Shown in pieces: positions 49,838 through 58,900 of a stretch of DNA of 64,000 nucleotides. The stretch is from Patescibacteria group bacterium (GTDB taxonomy: Bacteria > Patescibacteriota > Microgenomatia > JAMCYU01). The notes under the pieces are model-generated. The model saw only the letters and a list, made by a program, of their open reading frames with translations, was not told the origin of the DNA and made no database searches. The stretch is from the NCBI GenBank assembly GCA_023473585.1, contig JAMCYU010000001.1:66507-130506 (forward strand), written 5' to 3'. A program made the position numbers and the translations under genes. The first letter of the stretch is position 1, and the number at the start of each line of letters is the position of its first letter.

Positions 49838-50715
49838 CGCCTTTGCCCTTTCAAAACCATTAAACCCTGCTTAAGGGTTAACATCTCAACTTTTAATTTT
49901 TTCAGTTTATCATTTTTTAATCTTAAAGAAAAGGGGCGAGGGGCTTTATTTTGGTAGTAAGTAATTCTGTCTATTTCTTTAATTAAAGATTTATCCAAAG
50001 AAAAGGTTTCGGCAAGAAGTTGGGCAACCTCAAAAGGCGTGTGGAAACTGCTGCCAACGACATGGAAAATACCTTCGGCCTCCTTAGCGATTAGGCAATC
50101 AATGGCGATGGCGATATCGTCAATAAAAGTCGGTGTCATGAACTGATCCGAAACCATTTTCAGTTCTTCGTGATTTTTGAGTTTTTCCAAAAGTCCCCTG
50201 ACGAGGTCTTTTTTGGGAGCGAAATTAGCTCTGTAAGGAAAGGCTAACCGGCAAATTAAATAAGGTAAGCCGGAACTTTGAACGATTTTTTCTCCCTCAT
50301 ATTTGGTGACGGCATACCAGTTAATCGGATTGGGCATATCTTCTTCTTGGTAAAAATCCTTATTCCCGTCAAAAACGAAATCGGTTGAGATATAAATAAA
50401 TTTCTTTTTTGTTTTTTGAGCCGCTTCAAGGAGATTCCTCGTCCCCTCAACATTAATAAGCCACGCGCTTCCTTGGTTTTTAAGTTCCCTGTCTTTTTCG
50501 CAGGCATCAACGTCGGTTTTAGCGGCAAAATGCAGGATTATTTTTGCTTTAGAAGCAAAAACGGCGTTTTTAACTTGTTCTTTATTGGTGATGTCAATAC
50601 CGGTTTCATAGCTTAAGTTTTCAAATTCGTATTTCTTTTCCAGAAGTTCGACGATTCTTGAGCCGACCAATCCTGTTAAACCCGTCCCTAAAATAGAAGT
50701 TTTATCTTTCGCCAT
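49834..50715 (-). CDS. rmlD: dTDP-4-dehydrorhamnose reductase
   Basis: AAKTDVDACE, ISTDFVFDG, PINWYAVTK, DQFMTPT, APRP. Start moved to ATG 50715. Confidence 0.88.
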   Translation of the reverse strand: MAKDKTSILGTGLTGLVGSRIVELLEKKYEFENLSYETGIDITNKEQVKNAVFASKAKIILHFAAKTDVDACEKDRELKNQGSAWLINVEGTRNLLEAAQKTKKKFIYISTDFVFDGNKDFYQEEDMPNPINWYAVTKYEGEKIVQSSGLPYLICRLAFPYRANFAPKKDLVRGLLEKLKNHEELKMVSDQFMTPTFIDDIAIAIDCLIAKEAEGIFHVVGSSFHTPFEVAQLLAETFSLDKSLIKEIDRITYYQNKAPRPFSLRLKNDKLKKLKVEMLTLKQGLMVLKGQRR

Positions 50716-51715
50716 ATTGCTTTTGGTAATACTTTTGATACTCTCCTGATTTAACTTTCTTCCACCAGTCTTCGTTGTTTTGATACCAAGCCACGGTTTT
50801 TTCAAGCCAACTGTCAAAAGCAAATTGCGGTTGCCAACCGAGCTCGTTTTTGATTTTTGACCAATCCAAAGCGTAGCGACGATCATGACCTGGCCTGTCC
50901 TTAACAAATTCTAAAAAGCTTTCGTCTTTGCCTAAGATCTTTAAAATTTTCTTAATGACACTTAGATTATTAATATCTTCTGTTAAACCGCCAACGCAAT
51001 AGGTCTCCCCGAGTTCTCCTTTTTCCAAAACCAAATCAATGGCCCGACAATGATCTTCAACATAAAGCCAATCGCGAACGTACAAACCGTCGCCGTAAAC
51101 CGGAACTTTTTTACCCTCTAAAAGATTCGTAATGGTTAAAGGAATAAATTTTTCCGGAAACTGGAAAGGACCGAAGTTATTAGAACAATTCGTGATTGTG
51201 ACCGGCAGATTAAAGGAATGAAAGTATGCTCTGACCAGATGGTCAGACGCGGCTTTGGTTGCGGCGTAAGGACTTCTGGGATTATAGAGAGTTTTTTCGT
51301 TAAATTTATGAGGATCGTCAAGCTTTAAAGAGCCGAAAACCTCATCGGTTGAGACATGATGAAACCTTTTAACGTTATTTTGCAGGGCATTTTCCAAAAG
51401 AATCTGCGTGCCCAAAACATTGGTTTTAACAAAAACCGCAGGCGTCAAAAGCGACCGGTCCACATGAGATTCGGCGGCAAAATGAACGACAATGTCGGTA
51501 CCCTTTATAACCCTGCTCACCATTTCTTGGTCGCTTATATCGCCTTTAATAAATTGGTAATTGGGGTTATCTTTGATAGATTCTAGATTAGCTAAATTCC
51601 CGGCGTAAGTTAATTTATCAAAATTGATGATTTGATCCTGGGGATGATTTTTGAGCCAATATAAAATAAAATTGGCACCAATAAAACCAGCTCCGCCGGT
51701 CACTAAGATTTTCAT
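50702..51715 (-). CDS. rmlB: dTDP-glucose 4,6-dehydratase
   Basis: DKLTYAGN, AAESHVDRS, VSTDEV, SPYAATKA, DRPGHDRRY. Confidence 0.96.
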   Translation of the reverse strand: MKILVTGGAGFIGANFILYWLKNHPQDQIINFDKLTYAGNLANLESIKDNPNYQFIKGDISDQEMVSRVIKGTDIVVHFAAESHVDRSLLTPAVFVKTNVLGTQILLENALQNNVKRFHHVSTDEVFGSLKLDDPHKFNEKTLYNPRSPYAATKAASDHLVRAYFHSFNLPVTITNCSNNFGPFQFPEKFIPLTITNLLEGKKVPVYGDGLYVRDWLYVEDHCRAIDLVLEKGELGETYCVGGLTEDINNLSVIKKILKILGKDESFLEFVKDRPGHDRRYALDWSKIKNELGWQPQFAFDSWLEKTVAWYQNNEDWWKKVKSGEYQKYYQKQYGER

Positions 51716-51722
51716 AAATTTT

Positions 51723-52445
51723 TTATTTTTCGACTTTTTCCGCCCAATAACGGCTGGCTAAATAGAGAGTTTTAAAAGTCCCGGCATCAGACCAAAAGCC
51801 GTCAAGCTTAGCCCAACGTAATTTTCCTTCACGAAGATAACAATTATTGACATCCGTTATCTCCAGTTCCCCCCTGTCTGAAGGTTTAATACTTTTAATA
51901 TGAGAAAAAACTTTATTGTCGTAAAGATAAAGACCGGTCACCGCAAAATTACTTTGCGGTTTTTTGGGTTTTTCCTCAATCGCCATAATTTTTTTAGAAT
52001 CTTCTTTGTCAAAAACCGGCACGCCAAAACGCTCGGGATCCGGAACCTCTTTTAGGAAAACCATCGCCCCGTCTTCAAAAGACTTAACCTGCTCGGAAAT
52101 ATCAACATCGGTCGTATTGTCGCCTAAAATGGCCGCGATTGACTCCCCGTCAGCAAAATCCTCAGCCAAAGCCAAAGCCTGAGCGATCCCTCCTTCTTTT
52201 TCCTGATAGGCAAATTCTAAATGCTTAACTCCTAATTGTTTACCGTTTCTTAAAACCTGAATAAAATGACCGGCGTGAGGTCCGCCGACAACCACCAAAA
52301 TTTCCGAGATATCGGCCCGCAATAAAGTTTCCAGAGGATAAAAAACCATGGGTTTATTGTAAATAGGTAAAAGATGCTTGTTCGTGGCGTAAGTTAAAGG
52401 ATAAAGCCTGGTTCCCAAGCCTCCGGCTAAAACAACCCCTTTCAT
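51723..52445 (-). CDS. rmlA: Glucose-1-phosphate thymidylyltransferase (short RmlA/SpsI type)
   Basis: LAGGLGTRLYPLT..NKHLLP, LGDN, EEKP, RGELEITD, WSDAGT. Start moved to ATG 52445. Confidence 0.88.
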   Translation of the reverse strand: MKGVVLAGGLGTRLYPLTYATNKHLLPIYNKPMVFYPLETLLRADISEILVVVGGPHAGHFIQVLRNGKQLGVKHLEFAYQEKEGGIAQALALAEDFADGESIAAILGDNTTDVDISEQVKSFEDGAMVFLKEVPDPERFGVPVFDKEDSKKIMAIEEKPKKPQSNFAVTGLYLYDNKVFSHIKSIKPSDRGELEITDVNNCYLREGKLRWAKLDGFWSDAGTFKTLYLASRYWAEKVEK

Positions 52446-52696
52446 AGTAAAATCCCTCCTAATAAAATGATACTTAAGAGCCCAATAAGCGTATATTCTA
52501 TCACAATTTTTAAATTTAGGTTCTTTTCCCAAAGATGATGAAAAATTCCCCAAAAAATGTAAGTTAGGGCCATAAGGAGGGAAATTTGAAATTTAACGAT
52601 TTTATCGGGATGATAAATAAAACAAGTCACGCCTAAACCTATTAATAAAACTAAAATCAGATAATGCCAAAAATGAGTTTTAATTTCTTCCATCAT
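52442..52696 (-). CDS. Small 3-TM hypothetical membrane protein
   Basis: Hydrophobic, YIFWGIFHH..IVIEY; coupled by overlaps to both neighbours. Confidence 0.75.
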   Translation of the reverse strand: MMEEIKTHFWHYLILVLLIGLGVTCFIYHPDKIVKFQISLLMALTYIFWGIFHHLWEKNLNLKIVIEYTLIGLLSIILLGGILL

Positions 52697-53664
52697 ATAA
52701 TCACTCCTTGACTCGTCACCCAAAGAACCCCCAAAAGAGCTCCCAGGAAAATCAAATGAGCCAGGTTATGACCGCTGACTCTCACAATCCGTCGACGCCA
52801 GATAAGAATACCGTCCGAAGCTAAAATGAGTAATAACCCACCGGTTAAGAGACTGGCTAAATTTTTAGAAGTGGCAAAAAAATTAACTAAGGGATGACGC
52901 GAAACGCCGGCGACCCTAAGAGCCGAAAGGGCCATCGGCGGAAGATTCTGGCTGATAATAACGGGTCTTTCTGTGGGAGAGGGTGAGGGTTCCAGGGTGG
53001 CCCCAGGTGAAGCGACGGCTTCAGACGGCGAGGTTGGTAACGGTGTTTGGGTTTGGGCGGCCCGGGGCGAAATCGTGACGGGTTTTTGGACCAAAGTGTT
53101 CCGTTGTCTGGCGCCAAACATCTGCACAACCAAAGTTGTCTCCTCTCCTCCTAACCGATTATTAACCACGGCAAAACCGATTTCCTGATATTCTCTTTTT
53201 AAGATATTTTCCTTATGTGAGGGCGAACCCATCCAAGCCGACACAACCGATTCGGAATCGTTAAAATCACGGGCCAGATTTTCACCGGCGTAAAGATATT
53301 GGTAACCGGCCTGACTTATAAAAACCCACGGCGTTGTCCCGTCCGGAGCGTTATGAGCCCAATAATTTTTACTGAACATATCATTGGCTTTAGCCAAAGC
53401 GGCGTCTGAGAGTTGACCGTTTAAAGAAACCGGCTGCAAACCTGCCTCCGCCCTTCTAAGATTGGTTAAATTTAAAAGTTTTTCGACATTAATGTCGGTC
53501 GCGTAACCTAAAATATCGGGCCGTGTCAGTTTCAAAACCCTGAAGGAAAGCTGCAGTAATAAAAAAAGCGTTATGTAAAAAATTAAAGCGGAAAAATGAA
53601 GCGTTTTTGGACGAAAATTATTACTTTCGTGGGGCAAAAAATAATGAGCAGCCAAAGTTTTCAT
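52693..53664 (-). CDS. CAP (SCP/YkwD) domain membrane protein with Pro/Thr/Ser linker
   Basis: TNLRRAEAGL, YWAH, AGENLA, WMGSPSHKENIL, VVQMFG; N- and C-terminal TM helices. Confidence 0.9.
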   Translation of the reverse strand: MKTLAAHYFLPHESNNFRPKTLHFSALIFYITLFLLLQLSFRVLKLTRPDILGYATDINVEKLLNLTNLRRAEAGLQPVSLNGQLSDAALAKANDMFSKNYWAHNAPDGTTPWVFISQAGYQYLYAGENLARDFNDSESVVSAWMGSPSHKENILKREYQEIGFAVVNNRLGGEETTLVVQMFGARQRNTLVQKPVTISPRAAQTQTPLPTSPSEAVASPGATLEPSPSPTERPVIISQNLPPMALSALRVAGVSRHPLVNFFATSKNLASLLTGGLLLILASDGILIWRRRIVRVSGHNLAHLIFLGALLGVLWVTSQGVII

Positions 53665-53672
53665 GTAGATAT

Positions 53673-53701
53673 ATTATATCGAAGATAAATGAGTGAAACA
53701 A
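53673..53701 (-). promoter_or_regulatory. Proximal promoter TTGTTT-17-TATAAT, probably leaderless
   Basis: -10 at 53678..53673, 8 nt before ATG 53664. Confidence 0.6.
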
Positions 53702-53713
53702 GAAAAGCATCTT

Positions 53714-53739
53714 CGATTAATTCGTTTCACTCATTATAT
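53714..53739. repeat. 26-bp element, copy 2; overlaps -10 of distal promoter TTGACC-18-TATAAT (53762..53733, minus)
   Basis: Identical to 4639..4664; a 12-bp inverted partial copy lies at 53688..53699. Confidence 0.9.
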
Positions 53740-53772
53740 GGCCAAAAGTTGTCTTTGGTCAAGCAAAAGAAG

Positions 53773-55107
53773 CTAGCGGCAGATTCCTGGCAGGAGCAAA
53801 CACCACCATGGTTTTTGGTTTTCTGAAAGCGAACTTACTTGTGAGGCAACGCTCGGCACAAAATCGGTTTTGACGGGGTTATTAATCACTTCCGCTCCGG
53901 CTGTTTTCGGTTCGGAAGAAGGCAAGGCGATCCCTGGAATGGCGGCTATAGCCTTATAAGCGTTAATTCTGCCTTTTAACCAATAATTACCGGTTCCGGC
54001 AATTTTATCGGTATTTTCCTCAATCAGATTACGAACTTGACTGGAGGAAAGAGTCGGATCCGCGCCGAACAAAAGACCGGCTAAACCTGAAACCAGGGGC
54101 GTGGCCATCGAAGTTCCCGAACCCAAGTCATAGTTTAACTGTTTGTTAATTTTATAAGTGTGGTTGGGAAAGGTGGAAAAGATGTTCACGCCCGGCGCCG
54201 CCAGATCGACCCAACTGCCGAAACTGGAAAAATCGGCTTTCTGATCGTTCTCGTCAGTCGCGGCCACGGCCAAACAATTTTTATAATAAGCCGGGTAGGT
54301 CGGCGATTTGTTCGCCGAGTTGCCGGCCGCACACGCCAAAACCACCCCTTTCCCCCAGGCATAATCAACCGCTCTTTCTAAAGTTTTGGAACGATTCTGA
54401 CCCCCAAGACTTAAATTAATAACCTTAGCGCCGCTGTCAGCTGCCTTATAAAGGCCTTCGGCAATCCAGGAATAATAACCAAAACCCTTATCGTCCAAGA
54501 CTTTAAACGATAAAAGACGCGCGTTAAAACCTAAACCGGCAATCCCTAAAAGATTATTGGTCTCGGCGGCGGCAATACCGGCCACGTGGGTCCCGTGACC
54601 GTAAAGATCATCGTTAGTTTGACTTGAAGTTAAATTAACCCTTAAGTCAACTTTATTTTTCAAGTCTTCGTGATCCTCGTCAATGCCGCTGTCTAAAATA
54701 GCGATTTTGGCACTTTGCGAACCCTTATTGATATCCCAAGCCTCGGGCGCCAGAATTTTGCCCAAAGACCATTGTTTACTAAAATAAGAGTCATTGGGCA
54801 CAAAACTGCCATAAGCTTGCGCTAAATAATCCGGTTCGGCGTATTCAACGAAAGGATTTTTTTCAAAATTCTTCAGATGTTTGTCAATGTCCTGATCGGG
54901 AATTTTAATGGTAAAGGTCTGGGGTAAAGATAACTTCCGTTCAATGCCTAAGCCTAATTTCTTACTGACTTCATCTATCTGTTTCTCATTAACCTCATCC
55001 TGAAATTTAACGATAATTTCGTCCGTGGCTGATTCTGTCTTTTGGGCCAAAACAGGCGAAGGGAAAAGGAGAAAAAAGCTTAAAACTAAAAAGATTTTCT
55101 TAAACAT
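53773..55107 (-). CDS. Secreted S8 subtilisin/thermitase-like serine protease
   Basis: Signal peptide, prodomain (VEYAEPDY), triad motifs ILDSG, HGTHVAG, GTSMATP. Confidence 0.95.
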   Translation of the reverse strand: MFKKIFLVLSFFLLFPSPVLAQKTESATDEIIVKFQDEVNEKQIDEVSKKLGLGIERKLSLPQTFTIKIPDQDIDKHLKNFEKNPFVEYAEPDYLAQAYGSFVPNDSYFSKQWSLGKILAPEAWDINKGSQSAKIAILDSGIDEDHEDLKNKVDLRVNLTSSQTNDDLYGHGTHVAGIAAAETNNLLGIAGLGFNARLLSFKVLDDKGFGYYSWIAEGLYKAADSGAKVINLSLGGQNRSKTLERAVDYAWGKGVVLACAAGNSANKSPTYPAYYKNCLAVAATDENDQKADFSSFGSWVDLAAPGVNIFSTFPNHTYKINKQLNYDLGSGTSMATPLVSGLAGLLFGADPTLSSSQVRNLIEENTDKIAGTGNYWLKGRINAYKAIAAIPGIALPSSEPKTAGAEVINNPVKTDFVPSVASQVSSLSENQKPWWCLLLPGICR

Positions 55108-55125
55108 AAAAATAACAATGTTAAA

Positions 55126-55154
55126 TTAATATAATAAAAAAGATTCTTTGTCAA
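55126..55154 (-). promoter_or_regulatory. Possible promoter TTGACA-17-TATTAA for S8 protease
   Basis: Perfect -35 at 55154..55149; weaker -10. Confidence 0.4.
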
Positions 55155-55174
55155 TGGAGCAAAATTATATAGGA

Positions 55175-55930
55175 TTAGTGTCTGGAAATGACTTCAACCA
55201 AATCAATTCTTTCTTGCTGAAGATAATCATTTTTAACCCATGAAAGGTCTAATTCAACTTTCTTAACGACCTCTTTTCCGGGTTCTGACTGGTAGATGAC
55301 TTCACCAAGCGGCGAAACTACCAGGGAGGGTTGTGTTTGAGGCACCTCGGCATTATTAACACTACAAACAAAATATTGATTTTCAAAAGCTCTGGATATT
55401 ACCAAATGACTTTTGAGAGAATCTCCGGGTTTAATGGCATTATTAAGATGAAAAACTACTTGTGCGTCTTGTTTTTTTAAATATTTCCACTGCTCGGGAA
55501 AAACAAGTTCTCTGCACATTTGTATACCGAATCTGACGCCATTTTCTTCATAAACTTCTAATTTATTCCCTTGCTTAAAATGTTTTCTGTCTAAAGTAGC
55601 CAGATTATTCTTAAAATAATATTTTGTTCCTGATTTGCTAACAATAACCGTGGCATTATACCAATCATTAGTGAATTTATAAGCAGTCCCAAAAAGACAG
55701 AGACAATTTTTTTCTTTAACAACAGCTTCTATTTTTAAAATCCCCTCTTTTATCTCTTTAAAATTAAGCTGTCCCGGGTAATTATCGTCTTCTGGATAGT
55801 AACCAGACAACATGCCTTCAGGAAAAACTATCCATTCATTTTTTTCTGAACCATAAATGATTTTTAAAATTTTATTAAGATTATGGGCTATTTTTCTTGT
55901 TACTATAAGCTGAGCAATTTTAACTATCAT
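55175..55930 (-). CDS. Carbon-nitrogen hydrolase (nitrilase superfamily)
   Basis: FPEG (Glu), KNNL (Lys), MCRE (Cys), RAFENQ. Start moved to ATG 55930. Confidence 0.9.
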   Translation of the reverse strand: MIVKIAQLIVTRKIAHNLNKILKIIYGSEKNEWIVFPEGMLSGYYPEDDNYPGQLNFKEIKEGILKIEAVVKEKNCLCLFGTAYKFTNDWYNATVIVSKSGTKYYFKNNLATLDRKHFKQGNKLEVYEENGVRFGIQMCRELVFPEQWKYLKKQDAQVVFHLNNAIKPGDSLKSHLVISRAFENQYFVCSVNNAEVPQTQPSLVVSPLGEVIYQSEPGKEVVKKVELDLSWVKNDYLQQERIDLVEVISRH

Positions 55931-55937
55931 TAACTGA

Positions 55938-55946
55938 ATTATAGCA
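55938..55946 (-). promoter_or_regulatory. Extended -10 promoter (TGCTATAAT), probably leaderless
   Basis: TATAAT ends 7 nt before ATG 55930. Confidence 0.6.
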
Positions 55947-55975
55947 AAAGGCTTTATCTTTCCCAAAGAAGAGCA

Positions 55976-58900
55976 TTACGAAGAGCGGCGGGAGAAAAAG
56001 TAGAAAGCTAAAGCTAAAAGTCCTAATCCGCCCAGAACCCAAATTAACTTACTGCCTCCGCCTAAAATACCGTTCGTGGCGCCGGTATTCGTCCCCGACG
56101 ATGGCTGTGTCCCCGCTTGAGGCTCTGCTCCGGCCGCTGGACTGCCTTCGGTTCCTTGTCCGAGCACTTCTCCGCCGGCCACACCACCGGCCACCGGTAA
56201 GGGCTGGGTCTCTCCGGCTGATTGGGTTCCCGGCGAGGGTGAAACTTCAACATAAGTTATTGAGCCGCCGTCGCCGACTAAATCTGAAGCATTCCCGGCT
56301 TTATCAATGGCGCGAAGAGCATAATAGGTTTCTCCACTCCAGGGAATACTATTATCAAGGTAATTTATGTCTTCGTTCGGCACTCCGCCTCGTTCTCCAA
56401 TTTTCGTTCCGTTGTCCGCTGTAAAGTCACGCTTGTCAGAACGGTAGATAAAAACTTTATAAAAATCGCTACTGTCCGGATTTTTCCAGAATATTTTAAA
56501 GGCGTTGGCCCCGGCTCTGTCTTTACGGTAATTAGTGGGTGTTTTGGGATTGTTCCAATCAACCGTTGTTGAAGTTTCGCTTGATGCTGATTCTCCTCCG
56601 CCGGTCGCCGCCACTTTAAAATAATATTTTCCCTGCTCATTGACGATCGCGGTGGTTGTTTCGATTGAACCGGTTTCGCCGTTTAATAAACTCCCGAAAG
56701 CCAGTTCCGGACCACCCTCTTTATGATAATAAAATTGGGCCTGAATCGGCTCGCCCTTAGTTTGCAGCGCCGTATAGGAAAGTTTAAAAACCGGGGTGTT
56801 TTTATATTCGGGTAAAGTGGTGATTTGCACGGTCAAATTAGCGGCTTGAGCCGGTTTCGCGTAAGTTAAACCGAAAAGCAACGGTGCGACCAAAATCATC
56901 ATCTTGATTAATTTTCTTAATTTACCCAGGTTTTTCAAAGCCAAGCCCAGGAAAATCATTAAAATAGCTAAGATCAACCAGCCTGTTTCCGCTCCGGTCG
57001 CGGCGCCTAAAACTTTTCCTGTTTCAGTTGAGGCTCCCAAAACTTGCTGGATTGTTCCGCCAATACCGGCGGAAAGACTGACTCCGGGTATTAAGTTAAC
57101 CCAAGACCAAGCCGGATCAGTATAAGTTTTGTAATTATCCGCAGCATTTAAAACCCGATTATTACCCCAGGCCAGAGCGACATTAGGATATTTGCCTTCC
57201 TGTAAACTGCTGTCTGTTTTGGCTTGATAAGTGATCGTCACAATCGCATCCGGATTAAGATTTCCCAAACTCCAAACAATATTTTGACCGGTAACTGTCG
57301 GTTCAGAAGCGCCAGTCGTACTGCTTGCCACATAACCAAACCCAATCGGTAAAGTATCCCGAACCGAAACATCTCTAGCGATAATTTTTGAAGTATTGGT
57401 TACGGTTAAAGTATAAGTTACGGTTCCTCCCGGACCCATTGAACCAAGAATATTATTAATTTTACTTAAGGTCAAAGTTATTGGCTGAAGTTCGTTACCA
57501 AAATTCGTGCAAAAAGGCTGTCGAACGAGATTAGTTACGAATTCGCCACCACGTGGCTGACCGTTACATTCCTCACCACCGTAAGAAGACCCGGAATTAA
57601 TCGTCAAATCGTAGTAATTCGGATCAACCGGCCAAGTTTGATCCCAACCCGGTTGAGCGGTTTCGGTCAGACGATAATTACCAGCTCTTAATCCGGTAAA
57701 TTCAAAGTAACCATTATCATTTGTCTGCACACAATTACCATTATCCTGCTCGGTAAACCTAAAGGTCGGTTCTTCACTCGGGCTTAAACAAATTTCCCAA
57801 CCACTTAAGGCCGGTTCTCCTTCATCCCAAAAACCATTACCATTATAATCATCCCACTTCCAGCCACTAACTTCTCCTAACTTGAAGTTGCCAAAATTCA
57901 TATCAGTTGTTTCTTGACCGGGATTAACGACAACCGTCTGACAATCGGAATCTGTCGGTTGAGTTCTTTGCCAACCTTTTTGAGATTCTTCACAAACCTG
58001 ATAAGTTCCGGAAATAACGTTTTCAAAGGTGTAAGTTCCGCTTTCCGTCGCTGTTGTCGTCGTTCTCAAAATCGTGCCTTCGATATCCTTTAATTGAATT
58101 GTCCATTCCGATAACCCTCCTTCATTTTCTTCTCTAGAACCATTAACATTAATATCCTCGTATTTCAAACCGGAAATCGAACCGTAATGAAGATTGCCGA
58201 AATTTTTACCGGTGTTATCTCTGTCTCCGGAATGATTAATAATCGCTTTCCGGCATCTTGGAGCTTCATCGGTTGCTCGCGACTGATTGGCAAAACCCTC
58301 TTTTCCTCGAGGATCAGTCTGAATCCACCCTGATGGTAAAACTTCACAAAGGTAATATGTTCCCAAAGACAAACCATCAGCGCGATACTGACCGGTGATT
58401 CCGGTGTGTCCAGTTATTAATTCATCAACTTTATTCCAACCCTCTTCTGCCGCTTTGTAAACTCTGATTGTCCATTGATCTAAATAAGGCTCTCCCGCGT
58501 TATATTTACTATTATCATTTAAATCTTCATATTTTTTGCCTTGGATCATTCCTAATCTGAAATTACCAAACTTAATGATTTTTTCCTCTCCCAAGGTCAA
58601 ATCAACGTTCTGGCAAAGATCGGTCGTGTTCGTCCAACCCTCCGTTAAGTTTTCTTCTCTAACTGAATATTCTCCCGGAACCAAATTGGGAAAAACCGCA
58701 TTCCCGTTTTGGTCGGTGTCCTCCGTTCCTTCCCCAATCATTTGACCTCCACAGTCGAAACCCTCGTAAACTCCCATTTCCCAACCAGCTAAACCACGAT
58801 CATTACCGTTTTCCAAACCATCCTGATTATTATCTTCAAATTTATGAGCCGTAATTTGACCTAACTTGGTATTGATAAAAGTACAGGTGCCTCCGTCTTC

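Noticed and set aside
50716-50907. Long N-terminal extensions given for rmlD, and likewise rmlA, 8359, 24030, 55966 and 62932
   Set aside because: They overlap upstream genes or promoters; a downstream ATG sits at the family start or just after the predicted promoter.
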